Below are positions 1 to 10,700 of a stretch of DNA of 64,000 bases, one piece after another; position 1 is the first letter of the stretch; each line of letters begins with the position of its first letter. The stretch is from Bacteroidota bacterium (GTDB taxonomy: Bacteria; Bacteroidota; Bacteroidia; Chitinophagales; LD1): the NCBI GenBank assembly GCA_947476645.1, contig CANJRM010000007.1, positions 686-64,685 on the forward strand, in the 5' to 3' direction. A program made the translations under genes and the position numbers. Below the pieces are notes generated by a model. The model searched no databases, was not told the DNA's origin, and saw only the letters and a list, made by a program, of their open reading frames with translations.

Positions 1-194
1 CACTGTTTGGTAATGTGGTGGAGGAATTTGAATATCCTGTTCCTGTAGTGAGCCGTCAAAAAATTAAACAACTTATCAATGACGAAAAAAGAAAGAGAGG
101 TGGATTTATAGAAGCCGATAATGAAGTTGTAATTCCCGAAAAACATTCACTCTTCAACTTCGCCCGAAAAATAAGAGAAAGTTTATTTCAATAA
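1..194 (+). CDS. 3' end of a CDS entering from the left edge, possibly a PhyH-like paralog tail
   Basis: Frame from nt 3 is open to TAA 192-194 (…EEFEYPVPVVSRQKIKQLI…SLFNFARKIRESLFQ*). Resembles the C-terminal tails of the PhyH paralogs at 32.4-35.1 kb. Not in ORF track. Confidence 0.6.
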   Translation, partial: LFGNVVEEFEYPVPVVSRQKIKQLINDEKRKRGGFIEADNEVVIPEKHSLFNFARKIRESLFQ

Positions 195-238
195 TCTGCA
201 CAACCCGAAAACATTCTGTTTAAGGAGTTACAAGTTCA

Positions 239-940
239 ATGAAAGACAATCTGACCATTCAATCGCTCACCATTAGTATTCCTGCGTATAACGACAGTCA
301 GTCGTTGGTTAAGTTAGTAGAAGAGTCTCAAAATCTATGTAAGCAACTCAACTTGAATTTTGAAATGCTGATAATAAATGATGGCAGTCATGATGACACC
401 TTGAAGGTGGCTCATGATTTGGCAAGTAAGTACGGCAATATCAAAATTGTAAACCATGAAAAAAATCTTGGGTTTGGGGAGACACTTAAAAAGGTATTCA
501 TGCTGCCAAAAACTGAATGGGTTCTATTTTTACCGGGAGATAATCAGTTTCCTGTTTCCAATCTCCTTAAGTTTTTGGACATAAAAGATAACTACGATTA
601 CATTCTTGGTTTTAGAAAAGAACGAAAAGATACTGCTAACAGAAAATTGTATTCCTTGTTTTATAACAGCGTGGTTTCTTTTTTATCCGGCTATAAAGTA
701 AAGGATGTAAACAGTATTGTTTTTTATCGCTCAAAAATTTTCGAGACCATTAAACTCAAGGGAAACAGTGCTTTCGTTCATGCCGAGTTTTTTATTCGAA
801 CATCCAAAGCCAATTTCAGAATTACAGAAATGGAAGTGTTGCATCAGGAACGCGAATTCGGTTTCGGGTCGGGCGGTAATTTGAGAGTGGCAATCAACAC
901 CTTCAAAGAACTATTTCTTTATATTGCAGGAAAAATTTGA
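239..940 (+). CDS. GT2 glycosyltransferase, DPM1/polyprenol-phosphate GT-like
   Basis: ISIPAYND, IINDGSHDDT, NLGFG, LPGDNQF; 233 aa, typical of DPM1-like enzymes. Confidence 0.85.
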   Translation: MKDNLTIQSLTISIPAYNDSQSLVKLVEESQNLCKQLNLNFEMLIINDGSHDDTLKVAHDLASKYGNIKIVNHEKNLGFGETLKKVFMLPKTEWVLFLPGDNQFPVSNLLKFLDIKDNYDYILGFRKERKDTANRKLYSLFYNSVVSFLSGYKVKDVNSIVFYRSKIFETIKLKGNSAFVHAEFFIRTSKANFRITEMEVLHQEREFGFGSGGNLRVAINTFKELFLYIAGKI

Positions 941-1349
941 AGTGAATATTAAGATTGAAAAATGTCCGGCTTATCACGATGAAAGGGGTGATTTAATTCA
1001 GTTTGTAACACAACAACTTCTGCAGGAAGAAGCACTCGCCTTCGGTCAGGTTTATCTGCTCACGTTTAATGGGAAAAATATTATTCGCGGAAATCATTAT
1101 CACAACCATTCCAGCGAAATATTCTGTTTGATTTCAGGAAGTGTAGAAATGATTTTTGAAGATGTGCTTACCAAAGAAAGAATACAGAAGGATTTTACCG
1201 CGGATAAAAATGAATTCTTCAGAATTTGTATCGGTGAAAAAATTGCGCACTGCATTAAAAGCAGTTCCGACTTTGCGGTACTCGTTAGTTTTAGTTCCAA
1301 AGAATTCGATATGAATGAGCAGGATAAAATTCTTTACCCGTTGATATGA
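924..1349 (+). CDS. RmlC-like cupin (WxcM/FdtA/CapF-C type nucleotide-sugar isomerase/epimerase)
   Basis: HDERG, IRGNHYH, E-x-F and AHCIK cupin motifs; start uncertain (TTG). Confidence 0.75.
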   Translation: MQEKFEVNIKIEKCPAYHDERGDLIQFVTQQLLQEEALAFGQVYLLTFNGKNIIRGNHYHNHSSEIFCLISGSVEMIFEDVLTKERIQKDFTADKNEFFRICIGEKIAHCIKSSSDFAVLVSFSSKEFDMNEQDKILYPLI

Positions 1350-1352
1350 TGT

Positions 1353-2513
1353 ATGTGTAAATCGAATGTAAAGCAATGGCTCTTTCGCGGAATACTTTTG
1401 GTCATTGTAATCGTAATATGCGAAATTATCGGCTATACCGGTATGTGGCTTAATAGCTGCTCGCTCGATTTTCTATCCACCAAAAACTATTTCAACATTC
1501 GGGCAATGCTGCTTGGAAATAAAGACCCTGAATATTTTCCGCGCTATCTTTCTCTTCCTTACCTCGGATATATTCCATACCCCGGCTATAAAAAACATGA
1601 AGTAGTACAACACAATGAAGATGGATACCGCGGAAATAAAGTGCCTCTCGAAAAAACAGATAAATTCAGAATACTTTGTTTGGGCGGCTCCATTACATAT
1701 GGTTTTGGAGTGGATTCTCCAATCCAAGCATTTCCCGCGCAATTAGAAATTTTAGTAAATAATTATATTCTGAGTGATAGCATTCTTTATAAAAAATATC
1801 ACGGTGCCGAAGTTATCAATGCGGGATTAGAAGGAGGTAATTCAGCTGAAGAATTACAGCAGTATTTATTTAAGTACCGCTACTACCGGGCAGATGCGGT
1901 TATCATACACAGTGGTGTAAACGATGCCTTATTAGTGCGCGATGCAAAACCCGATTTTCAGTTGGATTACACACACTACCGAAGAATTAATTTTCATGCA
2001 GAGCCCTTGCCTCAACCTGCTCGCTGGCTCATGAAATCATACCTCATAAGTTTTTTTACCATTCGTTTGTTCTATCAGAGTTTTGCAGATAACATCGGTG
2101 ATTTATATCAACATCCCGGAGAACAAACCTTTTGTAAATGGTCGAATGTGAATATGGATAGTATAATTGGTAAGCAGCAATATGAACAGTATCCATTTTA
2201 TGAAAACACAAAGAGTTTGTATTCAGAAATTACAAGCGATAGTTCCGTACTAATCGTGTTTCCAAATGCGTTGAATACAAAATTTGTAAAAAGTAAATCT
2301 TACAAAGACTTGTGTTCGTTACATGCTGCCATGTCAAAAAAATTGTGTGCACAAATTGGCGGCACTTACGTTCCGTTTGAATTTGATTCTATTAAAGATG
2401 CTTCGAGTTGGTTAGATGATTGTCATGTAAACGCAAACGGAGAAAAAAATAAAGCGGAAATTTTATTTCCCTTTTTAGTCAAGGTTATGCATCAACGGGC
2501 ACAGAAGAATTAA
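1353..2513 (+). CDS. SGNH/GDSL hydrolase-fold protein with N-terminal membrane anchor
   Basis: LCLGGSITYG, INAGLEGGNS, HSGVND, DDCHVN blocks. Confidence 0.85.
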   Translation: MCKSNVKQWLFRGILLVIVIVICEIIGYTGMWLNSCSLDFLSTKNYFNIRAMLLGNKDPEYFPRYLSLPYLGYIPYPGYKKHEVVQHNEDGYRGNKVPLEKTDKFRILCLGGSITYGFGVDSPIQAFPAQLEILVNNYILSDSILYKKYHGAEVINAGLEGGNSAEELQQYLFKYRYYRADAVIIHSGVNDALLVRDAKPDFQLDYTHYRRINFHAEPLPQPARWLMKSYLISFFTIRLFYQSFADNIGDLYQHPGEQTFCKWSNVNMDSIIGKQQYEQYPFYENTKSLYSEITSDSSVLIVFPNALNTKFVKSKSYKDLCSLHAAMSKKLCAQIGGTYVPFEFDSIKDASSWLDDCHVNANGEKNKAEILFPFLVKVMHQRAQKN

Positions 2514-2545
2514 TTCATTTCATAAAACACCGGACGGTTAATGCA

Positions 2546-3712
2546 ATGCTGCAAGAGAAATTGAAGACCTATACTTTTCGGCTTATTCTGCTTTTAATCG
2601 TTTGTATTGGTTTTGAAATAATAGGTTACTTGGGTATGTGGTTCAGTAGTCAATCGTTCGATTTTTTATCGAACAATAATTATTTCCGTATTCGTGCTAT
2701 GCTCACCGGAAATAAGGACTCGGAATTTCTGCCCCGCTACCTTACGGTTCCTTACCTTGGCTATATTCCTTATCCCGAATACAGAAAGTTTGACGTGGAG
2801 CAACATAACAAAGACGGCTACAGAGGCAATAGGGTGCCGTTGGAAAGAAACAATAAATTCAGAGTGCTTTGTGTAGGCGGCTCTACTACTTATGGCTTTG
2901 GTGTGAACCTGCCTTCCGAAACTTATCCCGCTCAGTTAGAAATCCTGCTGAACAACTTCATTAAGAATGATAGTGTAATCTCAAAAAAATATAGCGGTGC
3001 CGAAGTAATCAATGCCGGATTGGAAGCCGGTAATTCGGCTGATGAGGTGGCACAATACCTGTTTAAATACAGATACTACAAAGCAGATGTAGTACTGGTT
3101 CACAGCGGTGTTAACGATGCCTTTTTGATTAGCCAGAATGACACAAGTTTTCAATTAGATTATTCTCACTACAGACGACTCAACTTTCATTTAGAGCTAC
3201 TGCGGCAGCCGGCTCGCTGGCTATTGAAATCTTACTTCATCAGTTTTCTTTCCATTCGATTGTTCTATAGTGACTTTGCCAATAACACAACCGGCTTTCA
3301 AAACCAGTCGAGTTTTACGATTACTCACTGGACAACTATTTGTATTGATAGTGTGATTGCGAATAAACAATATGAATACTATCCCTATTATCGAAACGAA
3401 AAAAGTTTATACGCTCAAGTCGCTAGCGATAGTTCACGCTTAATGGTATTACCCGGTGTGACTAACAGGAATTCTGATTTTGTTCAAGCGAACAAGAAAT
3501 ACCGCGATATGACAGTGGTCAATTATAACTTGTCGAAAGGGTTGTGTGAAAAAGCGGGCGGTATTTTTGTTCCCTTTTCATGCGATTCTATTAAAGATAC
3601 GGCTTACTGGATTGACGATTGCCATCTCAATGCTGAAGGAGAAAAAAACAAGGCGATGATTTTGCTTCCGCATTTCATAAAAATACTCCACAGCAAAAAA
3701 GAAGAGAAGTAA
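2546..3712 (+). CDS. SGNH/GDSL protein, tandem paralog of 1353..2513
   Basis: LCVGGSTTYG, INAGLEAGNS, HSGVND, DDCHLN; long near-identical blocks shared with upstream gene. Confidence 0.85.
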   Translation: MLQEKLKTYTFRLILLLIVCIGFEIIGYLGMWFSSQSFDFLSNNNYFRIRAMLTGNKDSEFLPRYLTVPYLGYIPYPEYRKFDVEQHNKDGYRGNRVPLERNNKFRVLCVGGSTTYGFGVNLPSETYPAQLEILLNNFIKNDSVISKKYSGAEVINAGLEAGNSADEVAQYLFKYRYYKADVVLVHSGVNDAFLISQNDTSFQLDYSHYRRLNFHLELLRQPARWLLKSYFISFLSIRLFYSDFANNTTGFQNQSSFTITHWTTICIDSVIANKQYEYYPYYRNEKSLYAQVASDSSRLMVLPGVTNRNSDFVQANKKYRDMTVVNYNLSKGLCEKAGGIFVPFSCDSIKDTAYWIDDCHLNAEGEKNKAMILLPHFIKILHSKKEEK

Positions 3713-3730
3713 ATATATGATATAAACCAT

Positions 3731-4990
3731 GTGATGAAGAATAGCAGAAATGAAAATATTTTACGGAAAGGTAGGATTGCAAATTGGCAGTTAGTGCCGC
3801 TGAGCATTCTTACACTTTATCTTTTTTTAGAGTTGCTTACTTACGTACTCATTTGTGCCGGAGTTTTAAGACCTGACTTTAACTCCCTTTTAAAAAATTT
3901 CGGAGCCTCTGATAAACCATACGCTCACTTTGACAGCACCTCCGGTTATAAATATAGCGGTCACCTTCCTCATCTGACGAATATACACGATGGTCGAATT
4001 GTATATGACCACGCCATGCCGGTAAACAACAACGGGTATTGTTCAATTTATGATTACAGCTACAAGAAAAAAACGGGCTGTCAACGCTGGATGGTTTTTG
4101 GAGATTCTTATACAGCCGGAGAAATTACCGATACCACCTGGGTTGATTTATTTCAAAAAGGACTTAACAGGGATTCTATAGAGTTTTATAATTTCGGTTT
4201 GGAAGGAGCAGGAATAAGCAACTGGCATTCGATTTTTTTCAAAGAAGTGGTTCCGCAATATGAGTTTGACGGAGTAGTTTTGGCGGTGTTTGGCGATTTA
4301 CGCTCTACTTCTTACGACCTTACACGCGATTTTATTATTAAACATTCCTTCGTTGATTACTCCGGATTAAATTTTTTTCCTACCCTGCCTGAAACTTTCA
4401 ATCGTTTTGAAGAAGAATACAAGGAACAGTTATTTTATGAATCTTCTATTTATAGTGCGGACAGAATTGAAGGGTACAGAGCAAAACTAATTTCACCCGA
4501 AAAGCAAGATTTCTGTTTTAAGTTATTTCCTCCCAAATGGTATTTCTCGAAATATTTAAGCGATGCGTTTCAATTTATTCGGAAATACAATTCCTTCCAA
4601 AAAAAATATGCGAGTAAAGACCTGGATGCAAATGTTCTCAATGGTTCCTATAAAGCAGAAGTAGATTACACCAAATTATTCGGCAAAGAAAAAATGCAAA
4701 AGACAATCGATATTTTAAACTATTGCCGCGACCACAACAAAAAGATATATCTCATTTCTATTCCTTCTTACAACATCGTGAAACAGGATTCTTTATACTA
4801 TCACAACAATCTCTACAATCGTCATTTGAAACAATTAACCGAACAATATCATTGCGGTTTTTTTGATGGCTATGAATTATATGATTCAATACCGCGTGAC
4901 CATCGCGACAAATTTATCTTGTATCATGATTCACACTGGAACCGGAAAGGGATAGATTTATTTGTAAAAATTCTTTCTCGGAAAAGATGA
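3731..4990 (+). CDS. SGNH/GDSL protein with N-terminal TM helix
   Basis: VFGDSYTAG, YNFGLEGAG, HDSHWN. Confidence 0.8.
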   Translation: MMKNSRNENILRKGRIANWQLVPLSILTLYLFLELLTYVLICAGVLRPDFNSLLKNFGASDKPYAHFDSTSGYKYSGHLPHLTNIHDGRIVYDHAMPVNNNGYCSIYDYSYKKKTGCQRWMVFGDSYTAGEITDTTWVDLFQKGLNRDSIEFYNFGLEGAGISNWHSIFFKEVVPQYEFDGVVLAVFGDLRSTSYDLTRDFIIKHSFVDYSGLNFFPTLPETFNRFEEEYKEQLFYESSIYSADRIEGYRAKLISPEKQDFCFKLFPPKWYFSKYLSDAFQFIRKYNSFQKKYASKDLDANVLNGSYKAEVDYTKLFGKEKMQKTIDILNYCRDHNKKIYLISIPSYNIVKQDSLYYHNNLYNRHLKQLTEQYHCGFFDGYELYDSIPRDHRDKFILYHDSHWNRKGIDLFVKILSRKR

Positions 4991-5060
4991 CAATTCCTTT
5001 CAACAAAATATTTTTGATGAACGTGATTAATGCATTCAGTTCCATTTAATATTCCCAAAC

Positions 5061-6641
5061 GTGTCAGCTATTTTATCCTATTCTCTTTCGGCTTACAAAA
5101 AAGATTTCGGCAAAGAGCAGCTCCTGCATTTGCTCAGGCGCTCCCTGTTTGGTGTAGGGTTTAAAGAGTTTAATTCATTTAAAGGTAAAACGCTGGAACA
5201 GTGCCTGGATATTTTACTTAAGCAATCGGCACTGTCACCACCGGTTATTCAGGGTGATAACGAATTGAAAGATGCATTGGTGCCGGAGGGAACTACATGG
5301 GTTAATACGCCTTTTGAAAACCCACAGATAGATACCCGCAGAAGACTGATGCTGAAAATGTGGTGGGTGGAGCACATTGTAAACCGCGATTTGTCGCTTA
5401 CTGAAAAGATGACTTTGTTCTGGCACAATCATTTTGTAACCGAAATGGATATTGTGAAAGACAGCCGCTATTCATATCGCTATGTGGCTATGCTGCGCAA
5501 TCATGCACTCGGAAATTTTAAACAGCTGGTGAGAGAAGGTACCACCAATGTGGCTATGCTGGTTTATCTCAATGGAAATAACAACAGCAAAGCAGCGCCT
5601 AACGAAAATTTCAGCCGCGAGTTGATGGAGCTTTTTACTATTGGTAAAGAAGGAGGTCCGCATTATACTGAAGAAGATGTGCAGGCAGCCGCACGAGTGC
5701 TTAGCGGATGGAAGGACGACAAAGAAAGTATTACTGCTAAGTTTTATCCCGAACTGCATGACAGCGGTGATAAAAAATTCTCTTCGTATTTTGAAGAGGA
5801 AGTAATTAAGGGTAGAAACGGAGTGGATGGGGTGCAGGAAATAGATGCGCTGGTGGAGATGATTTTTAAGCGTAGAGAAACAGCAAAGTTTGTGTGTCGC
5901 AATTTATATCGGTGGTTTGTAATGGCGCATATTGATGAACAAGCCGAACGCAATATTATTGAACCCTTAGCGCAGATTTTTATTGACCATCACTTTGAAA
6001 TTGCACCTGTGTTGCGCGCGCTTTTGGGCAGCGAACATTTTTTTGACGCGGCTTTTACCGGATGCATTGTCAAGAATCCTGTAGAGTATTTTTTAGGGAG
6101 CATGCAGCAGTTTGATATTCTGTTTGCTTCTAAGCTGGCGGGCAATCATGAAATATGGATTGACTTTTACGTGTACTTAGGTTTCATGTCTATGGATATT
6201 GGTAATCCGCCTTCGGTGGCGGGATGGCCTGCTTATTATCAGCCGCCTAAGTTTCACCAGTGGTGGATTAATTCTTCTACTTTAAGTTTGAGGGCGAAAG
6301 TTTTAAATGACCTGTGCACCAAAGAAGGACTGTTCTTTAACGGAAGTTCGTTTAACTTTAATTTTCTGCCTTTTGTAAAACAGTTTGATGAACCTGCTGA
6401 TGCCGATAAATTAACCACCGATGCCGTGCAGTTTTTGTGTGCTGCAAAAGTGAGTGCTGCGGAAAAAGAAAAACTTATGGAGGTGTTGAACAATGGTGTA
6501 GAGCAGCGAAAAGATTGGAAAGAAGCTTGGACACGTTACAGCATTGATTCCGGTGATACAGCGAATACAGGGTTAGTGGAAGAGCGGTTGCGCTTGTTTT
6601 TCAAACGGGTGATTAATATGCCCGAGTATCAAATGATGTAG
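5061..6641 (+). CDS. DUF1800 family protein (copy 1)
   Basis: HLLRR, EKMTLFWHNHF, PNENFSRELMELFT, PPSVAGWPAYY, PEYQ end. Confidence 0.9.
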   Translation: MSAILSYSLSAYKKDFGKEQLLHLLRRSLFGVGFKEFNSFKGKTLEQCLDILLKQSALSPPVIQGDNELKDALVPEGTTWVNTPFENPQIDTRRRLMLKMWWVEHIVNRDLSLTEKMTLFWHNHFVTEMDIVKDSRYSYRYVAMLRNHALGNFKQLVREGTTNVAMLVYLNGNNNSKAAPNENFSRELMELFTIGKEGGPHYTEEDVQAAARVLSGWKDDKESITAKFYPELHDSGDKKFSSYFEEEVIKGRNGVDGVQEIDALVEMIFKRRETAKFVCRNLYRWFVMAHIDEQAERNIIEPLAQIFIDHHFEIAPVLRALLGSEHFFDAAFTGCIVKNPVEYFLGSMQQFDILFASKLAGNHEIWIDFYVYLGFMSMDIGNPPSVAGWPAYYQPPKFHQWWINSSTLSLRAKVLNDLCTKEGLFFNGSSFNFNFLPFVKQFDEPADADKLTTDAVQFLCAAKVSAAEKEKLMEVLNNGVEQRKDWKEAWTRYSIDSGDTANTGLVEERLRLFFKRVINMPEYQMM

Positions 6642-6686
6642 TAAATGATTTTGAATTTTATTTGCATTCAAGCTAAAGTGTAAAGC

Positions 6687-8267
6687 ATGTCGGCAGTTTT
6701 ATCGTACAGTCTGGCACCGGTAAGCGGTGTGCTAAAGCAGGAAGATTTACTGCATTTGCTCAGGCGTACTTTGTTTGGCGCAGGGCATCGGGAGCTTACT
6801 TATTTCAAAAATAAAACAGTAGAGCAGTGTTTAGATATTCTGCTCAAACAATCGCCTGCTGCGCCAGCACCGCTGCAAGACGACCCCGACATACAGGATG
6901 CGCTGGTGCCCGATGGCTCTAGCTGGGTGAACGCGCCTTACGAAAATGAGGACATGGACAAGCGCAGAAGAACTTATTTGAAAGCGTGGTGGATGGGGCA
7001 AATCATCAACCGCGATTATTCGCTGAGCGAAAAGATGACGCTGTTCTGGCACAATCACTATGTAACTCAACTGGAGATTGTGAAGGATAGCCGCTATGGG
7101 TACCGCTATGTAACTATGCTGCGCGCTCATGCCCTGGGCAACTTTAAGCAACTGGTGCGCGAGGGGGCTACGAACGTGGCTATGCTGGTATATCTCAACG
7201 GCAACAACAACAGCAAGGGGGCCCCCAATGAAAATTTCAGCCGCGAGTTGATGGAGCTTTTTACATTGGGTAAAGCGCCCGATGTGCATTATACCGAAGC
7301 CGATGTGAAAGCAGCAGCGCGGGTGCTCAGCGGTTGGAAAGATGACCGCGAAAGTATTACTGAAAAATTTTACCCCGAACTGCACGACACTGCCGACAAA
7401 CAATTTTCGCCCTACTTTAATAATGAAATTATAAAGGGCAGAAGCGGAGCCGATGGCGCTAAAGAAATTGATGCGCTGCTCGATATGATTTTTAAGCGAA
7501 AGGAAACTGCTGAGTTTGTGTGCCGTAATTTATACCGTTGGTTTGTTACCGCGCGTATAGATGAACAGGTGGAACAAAAAATTATTCAACCCTTAGCGCA
7601 AATTTTTATTCAGCATCATTTTGAAATTGCTCCTGTACTTCGCGCGCTGTTGGGGAGTGAACATTTTTTTGATGCGGCTTTCCGGGGGTGTATTGTCAAA
7701 AACCCCGTGGAGTTTTTTGTGGGGGCTACCAAACAGTTTGCTATTGTTTTTCCTGAAAGCACTATCGAAACTCACCTGTGCTGGGCGCATTACTATTTTA
7801 ATATAGGTGGCTTGAGTATGAGTATTGGTGACCCGCCTTCGGTTGCGGGCTGGCTGGCCTATTATCAGGCGCCTAAGTACCATCAGTGGTGGATTAATTC
7901 GTACACCTTGGGTTTTAGAATGAAAATTGCCGAAAGCTTGTACTTAGCCGAGGGCACTAACTGCAACGGACCGAAAATAAAATTTGATTACCTGCGGTTT
8001 GCTTTGGCTTTTAAAAATGGAGGTGATGTAAATAAATTGGTGGACGAAAGTTTAACTGTGTTGTGTGCGGTGAAGATAAGTGACCACGCCAAAAATAAAT
8101 TGAAAGCAATCCTGTTGAAAAATTTGAAAAGCGAAAAAGATTGGAGTGATTTGTGGAGTAAACTTTCAGCCACACCAAACGATGCTTCAGTAAAAGAAGA
8201 TGTTTCGAACCGGTTAAGATTATTTTTTGGCGGCATTATGAATATGCCCGAATATCAAATGATGTAG
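6687..8267 (+). CDS. DUF1800 family protein (copy 2)
   Basis: Same motifs and same 526 aa length as copy 1. Confidence 0.9.
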   Translation: MSAVLSYSLAPVSGVLKQEDLLHLLRRTLFGAGHRELTYFKNKTVEQCLDILLKQSPAAPAPLQDDPDIQDALVPDGSSWVNAPYENEDMDKRRRTYLKAWWMGQIINRDYSLSEKMTLFWHNHYVTQLEIVKDSRYGYRYVTMLRAHALGNFKQLVREGATNVAMLVYLNGNNNSKGAPNENFSRELMELFTLGKAPDVHYTEADVKAAARVLSGWKDDRESITEKFYPELHDTADKQFSPYFNNEIIKGRSGADGAKEIDALLDMIFKRKETAEFVCRNLYRWFVTARIDEQVEQKIIQPLAQIFIQHHFEIAPVLRALLGSEHFFDAAFRGCIVKNPVEFFVGATKQFAIVFPESTIETHLCWAHYYFNIGGLSMSIGDPPSVAGWLAYYQAPKYHQWWINSYTLGFRMKIAESLYLAEGTNCNGPKIKFDYLRFALAFKNGGDVNKLVDESLTVLCAVKISDHAKNKLKAILLKNLKSEKDWSDLWSKLSATPNDASVKEDVSNRLRLFFGGIMNMPEYQMM

Positions 8268-8269
8268 CT

Positions 8270-9532
8270 ATGAAAAGAAAAACCTTCATTAAAAATGCAG
8301 CGCTTACGGCTTTATTGCCTTATGCCCTCAATGCCCTTACTGCCTGTAACCACCTGGCTGGCGGCAGAAAAAACCGTGTGCTGGTGCTTATTCAATTAGT
8401 GGGTGGTAACGATGGATTGAACACCCTCATTCCATTAGACCAATACAAAAACCTGTTGAAGGCGCGGCCTAATCTGCTTATACCCGAAAATAAAATTTTG
8501 CCGCTCAACGGTTTTTCGAATGTGGGTTTGCACCCCGGCTTAGGTGGTATAAAAGATATGTTCGATAATAAGCTGGCGGGTTTTGTGCAGGGTGTGGGTT
8601 ACGAAAACCCCAGCTATTCGCATTTTCGTTCTTCCGATATATGGCTTACGGGTTCAGAATCTTCCAAAGTGCTTTACACCGGCTGGATGGCGCGCTATCT
8701 CGAAACTATTTTCAACGGTTACCCAAAAGGTTTTCCAAATGCTGCCCACACCGACCCGCCTGCTATTAAAATTGGCGACACCGGCACCTATCTTTTTCAG
8801 GGCACCAGTATGGATATGAGTATTGTGATTGACCCTTCCACTCCTTTTGAAGCACCCGATGTAGATACGGATGCAGGAGAAACCGATAGCTTTGCGGGGC
8901 AGGAAGTAAAAAGTATTCGTGAAATTTTGCTGCAAACCAATAAGTATGCTTCGGTTCTAAAAAAGGCGTTGGGCACTTCTGTTGAGCATTCAAAACTGTA
9001 TCCTAAAGAAGGAACCAATCCTTTAGCCGACCAACTGAAGGTTGTAGCTAAACTCATAAAAGGCGGACTGCAAACGCAGGTTTACTTAGTTGATTTGAAG
9101 GGGTTCGATAATCACGATGAGCAAGCGGATAAGAAAGACCCTACGAAGGGCGCTCATGCCGATTTGATGGCGCAACTTAGCCAGGGCATCACTTGTTTTT
9201 GGGACGATATGAATCGTATAGGTCGCGAGCAGGATGTAATGGGAATGACCTTTTCGGAATTTGGCAGAAGAATAATGGCTAACGCAGGCAACGGCACCGA
9301 CCACGGCTCCTCACAGCCCCTATTCTATTTTGGGGCAAACGTGCACGCGGGCATTACGGGCAGCAATCCGGTTATTAATGACAACATTACTGCTAACGAT
9401 AATCTGGCTTTGCAATACGATTACCGCGCGGTGTTTGGTTCGCTCTTAAAACAATGGGCGGGTGCTTCGGCTGCTGCAGTTAGTGAAGCACTGCCGGGGA
9501 ACTTTCCGGAAATAAAAATTTTTAATTCGTAA
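8270..9532 (+). CDS. DUF1501 family protein with Tat-like/lipoprotein signal
   Basis: LVLIQLVGGNDGLN, SHFRSSDIW, GFDNH, SEFGRR, GTDHG; N-terminal KRKTFIK…LTAC; usual partner of DUF1800. Confidence 0.9.
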   Translation: MKRKTFIKNAALTALLPYALNALTACNHLAGGRKNRVLVLIQLVGGNDGLNTLIPLDQYKNLLKARPNLLIPENKILPLNGFSNVGLHPGLGGIKDMFDNKLAGFVQGVGYENPSYSHFRSSDIWLTGSESSKVLYTGWMARYLETIFNGYPKGFPNAAHTDPPAIKIGDTGTYLFQGTSMDMSIVIDPSTPFEAPDVDTDAGETDSFAGQEVKSIREILLQTNKYASVLKKALGTSVEHSKLYPKEGTNPLADQLKVVAKLIKGGLQTQVYLVDLKGFDNHDEQADKKDPTKGAHADLMAQLSQGITCFWDDMNRIGREQDVMGMTFSEFGRRIMANAGNGTDHGSSQPLFYFGANVHAGITGSNPVINDNITANDNLALQYDYRAVFGSLLKQWAGASAAAVSEALPGNFPEIKIFNS

Positions 9533-9554
9533 TGAATTTATTTGCTTTGGTTCT

Positions 9555-10367
9555 ATGGAAATAAAATACCTGAATGAAGACTGCGAAAAAATTTCCAAGC
9601 GTTGCGATTTAGAATTCGGCAAAGAAATTATTCCCTTAACGCCTGCCAACAATTTACTGAACAGCGACCCTTCGCTTAATACGAACGGCTTTGGATTGTT
9701 TACGCTGCGCAAACCCGAAACATTCACCGCATTAGAACAATACATAACGGGCTACATTCAACAGCAACTTGGTATTTATCAGGAACCGGTGAAGGGTTTT
9801 GAACTGTGCCGTTATCATCAATATTTGCAACAGGAAGAAACGCACTATAAAATATCTACCTGGGGGTTGGAATATCAAATGCTGGGCAATGCCTTTTACG
9901 AAATTCTACAGCAAGCCGAAGACCTGCTGCAATTGAAGTTGAAAGTGAAAAAGATAAATCACCTGGGTAAGGAAGGCGATTATGTGGGGTTCCGCATTTT
10001 ACGCCCGCTGAGAAATGACCACAATCCTTTTCACCGCGATGCCTGGCTGCCTTACTGGCGCGATACCGTGAACGTGTGGTTGCCTATTTGCGGTTTTGAA
10101 AACGGCAATACCCTGCAACTGATTCCTAAAAGTCATTTATGGAGCGATGACCAGATTTTAAAAACAAAAATAGGTGCCGAAATAGAGGGTAAAAAATATC
10201 ATGTGCCCGCGGCTATAGGCACAGTCAATAATTTCAGCATTGAAACTCCGGTATTAAAAAAAGGCGATGGACTTATTTTTTCTCCGTACCTTATACATGG
10301 CAATGGCAGAAACCATAAAACAGATGAAACAAGAGTTTCGCTGGAGTTTAGGTTTTGCAAAGCATAA
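9555..10367 (+). CDS. PhyH-like Fe(II)/2OG dioxygenase
   Basis: HRD, NVWLP, PKSH, LIHG, RVSLEFR. Confidence 0.85.
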   Translation: MEIKYLNEDCEKISKRCDLEFGKEIIPLTPANNLLNSDPSLNTNGFGLFTLRKPETFTALEQYITGYIQQQLGIYQEPVKGFELCRYHQYLQQEETHYKISTWGLEYQMLGNAFYEILQQAEDLLQLKLKVKKINHLGKEGDYVGFRILRPLRNDHNPFHRDAWLPYWRDTVNVWLPICGFENGNTLQLIPKSHLWSDDQILKTKIGAEIEGKKYHVPAAIGTVNNFSIETPVLKKGDGLIFSPYLIHGNGRNHKTDETRVSLEFRFCKA

Positions 10368-10471
10368 ATTTCTACTACCCTCCCCTTTTTACTACAGCAA
10401 AACACAAAACCGCCTAACTGTTTTGCCGCGGTGTTTTACTTGCACACAAAATAAATCCACTAACGCATTTT

Positions 10472-10670
10472 TTTTACTTAATTGATTCATTTTCAGCACA
10501 AACGAGTGAGCGTTTCTTCAAAGAAATGACCGCTCGTATATGTGCGACTGCCCGCTTCTTTAAAGAAATGACTGCTCGTTAGTTTACGACTCGGTGTTTC
10601 TTTGAAGAAATGACCACTCGTTTGTTTACGACTGCCTGTTTCTTTTAAGAAAGGCGCACTTATATATCAC
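10472..10670 (-). repeat. Array of four 42-bp imperfect palindromic units plus conserved tail (locus 1)
   Basis: Units start at 10503, 10545, 10587, 10629; core cga-n7-tttctt-nn-aagaaa-n7-tcg; it is an inverted copy of 54702..54850. Confidence 0.9.
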
Positions 10671-10700
10671 TGAACTGATTTTTCATTCATACATTAACAG

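Noticed and set aside
10503-10670. CRISPR or TIGR-like guide array (also 54702..54819)
   Set aside because: No unique spacers: the variable positions and 8-nt linkers recur between units and between loci. No cas or Nop-domain gene is in the window.
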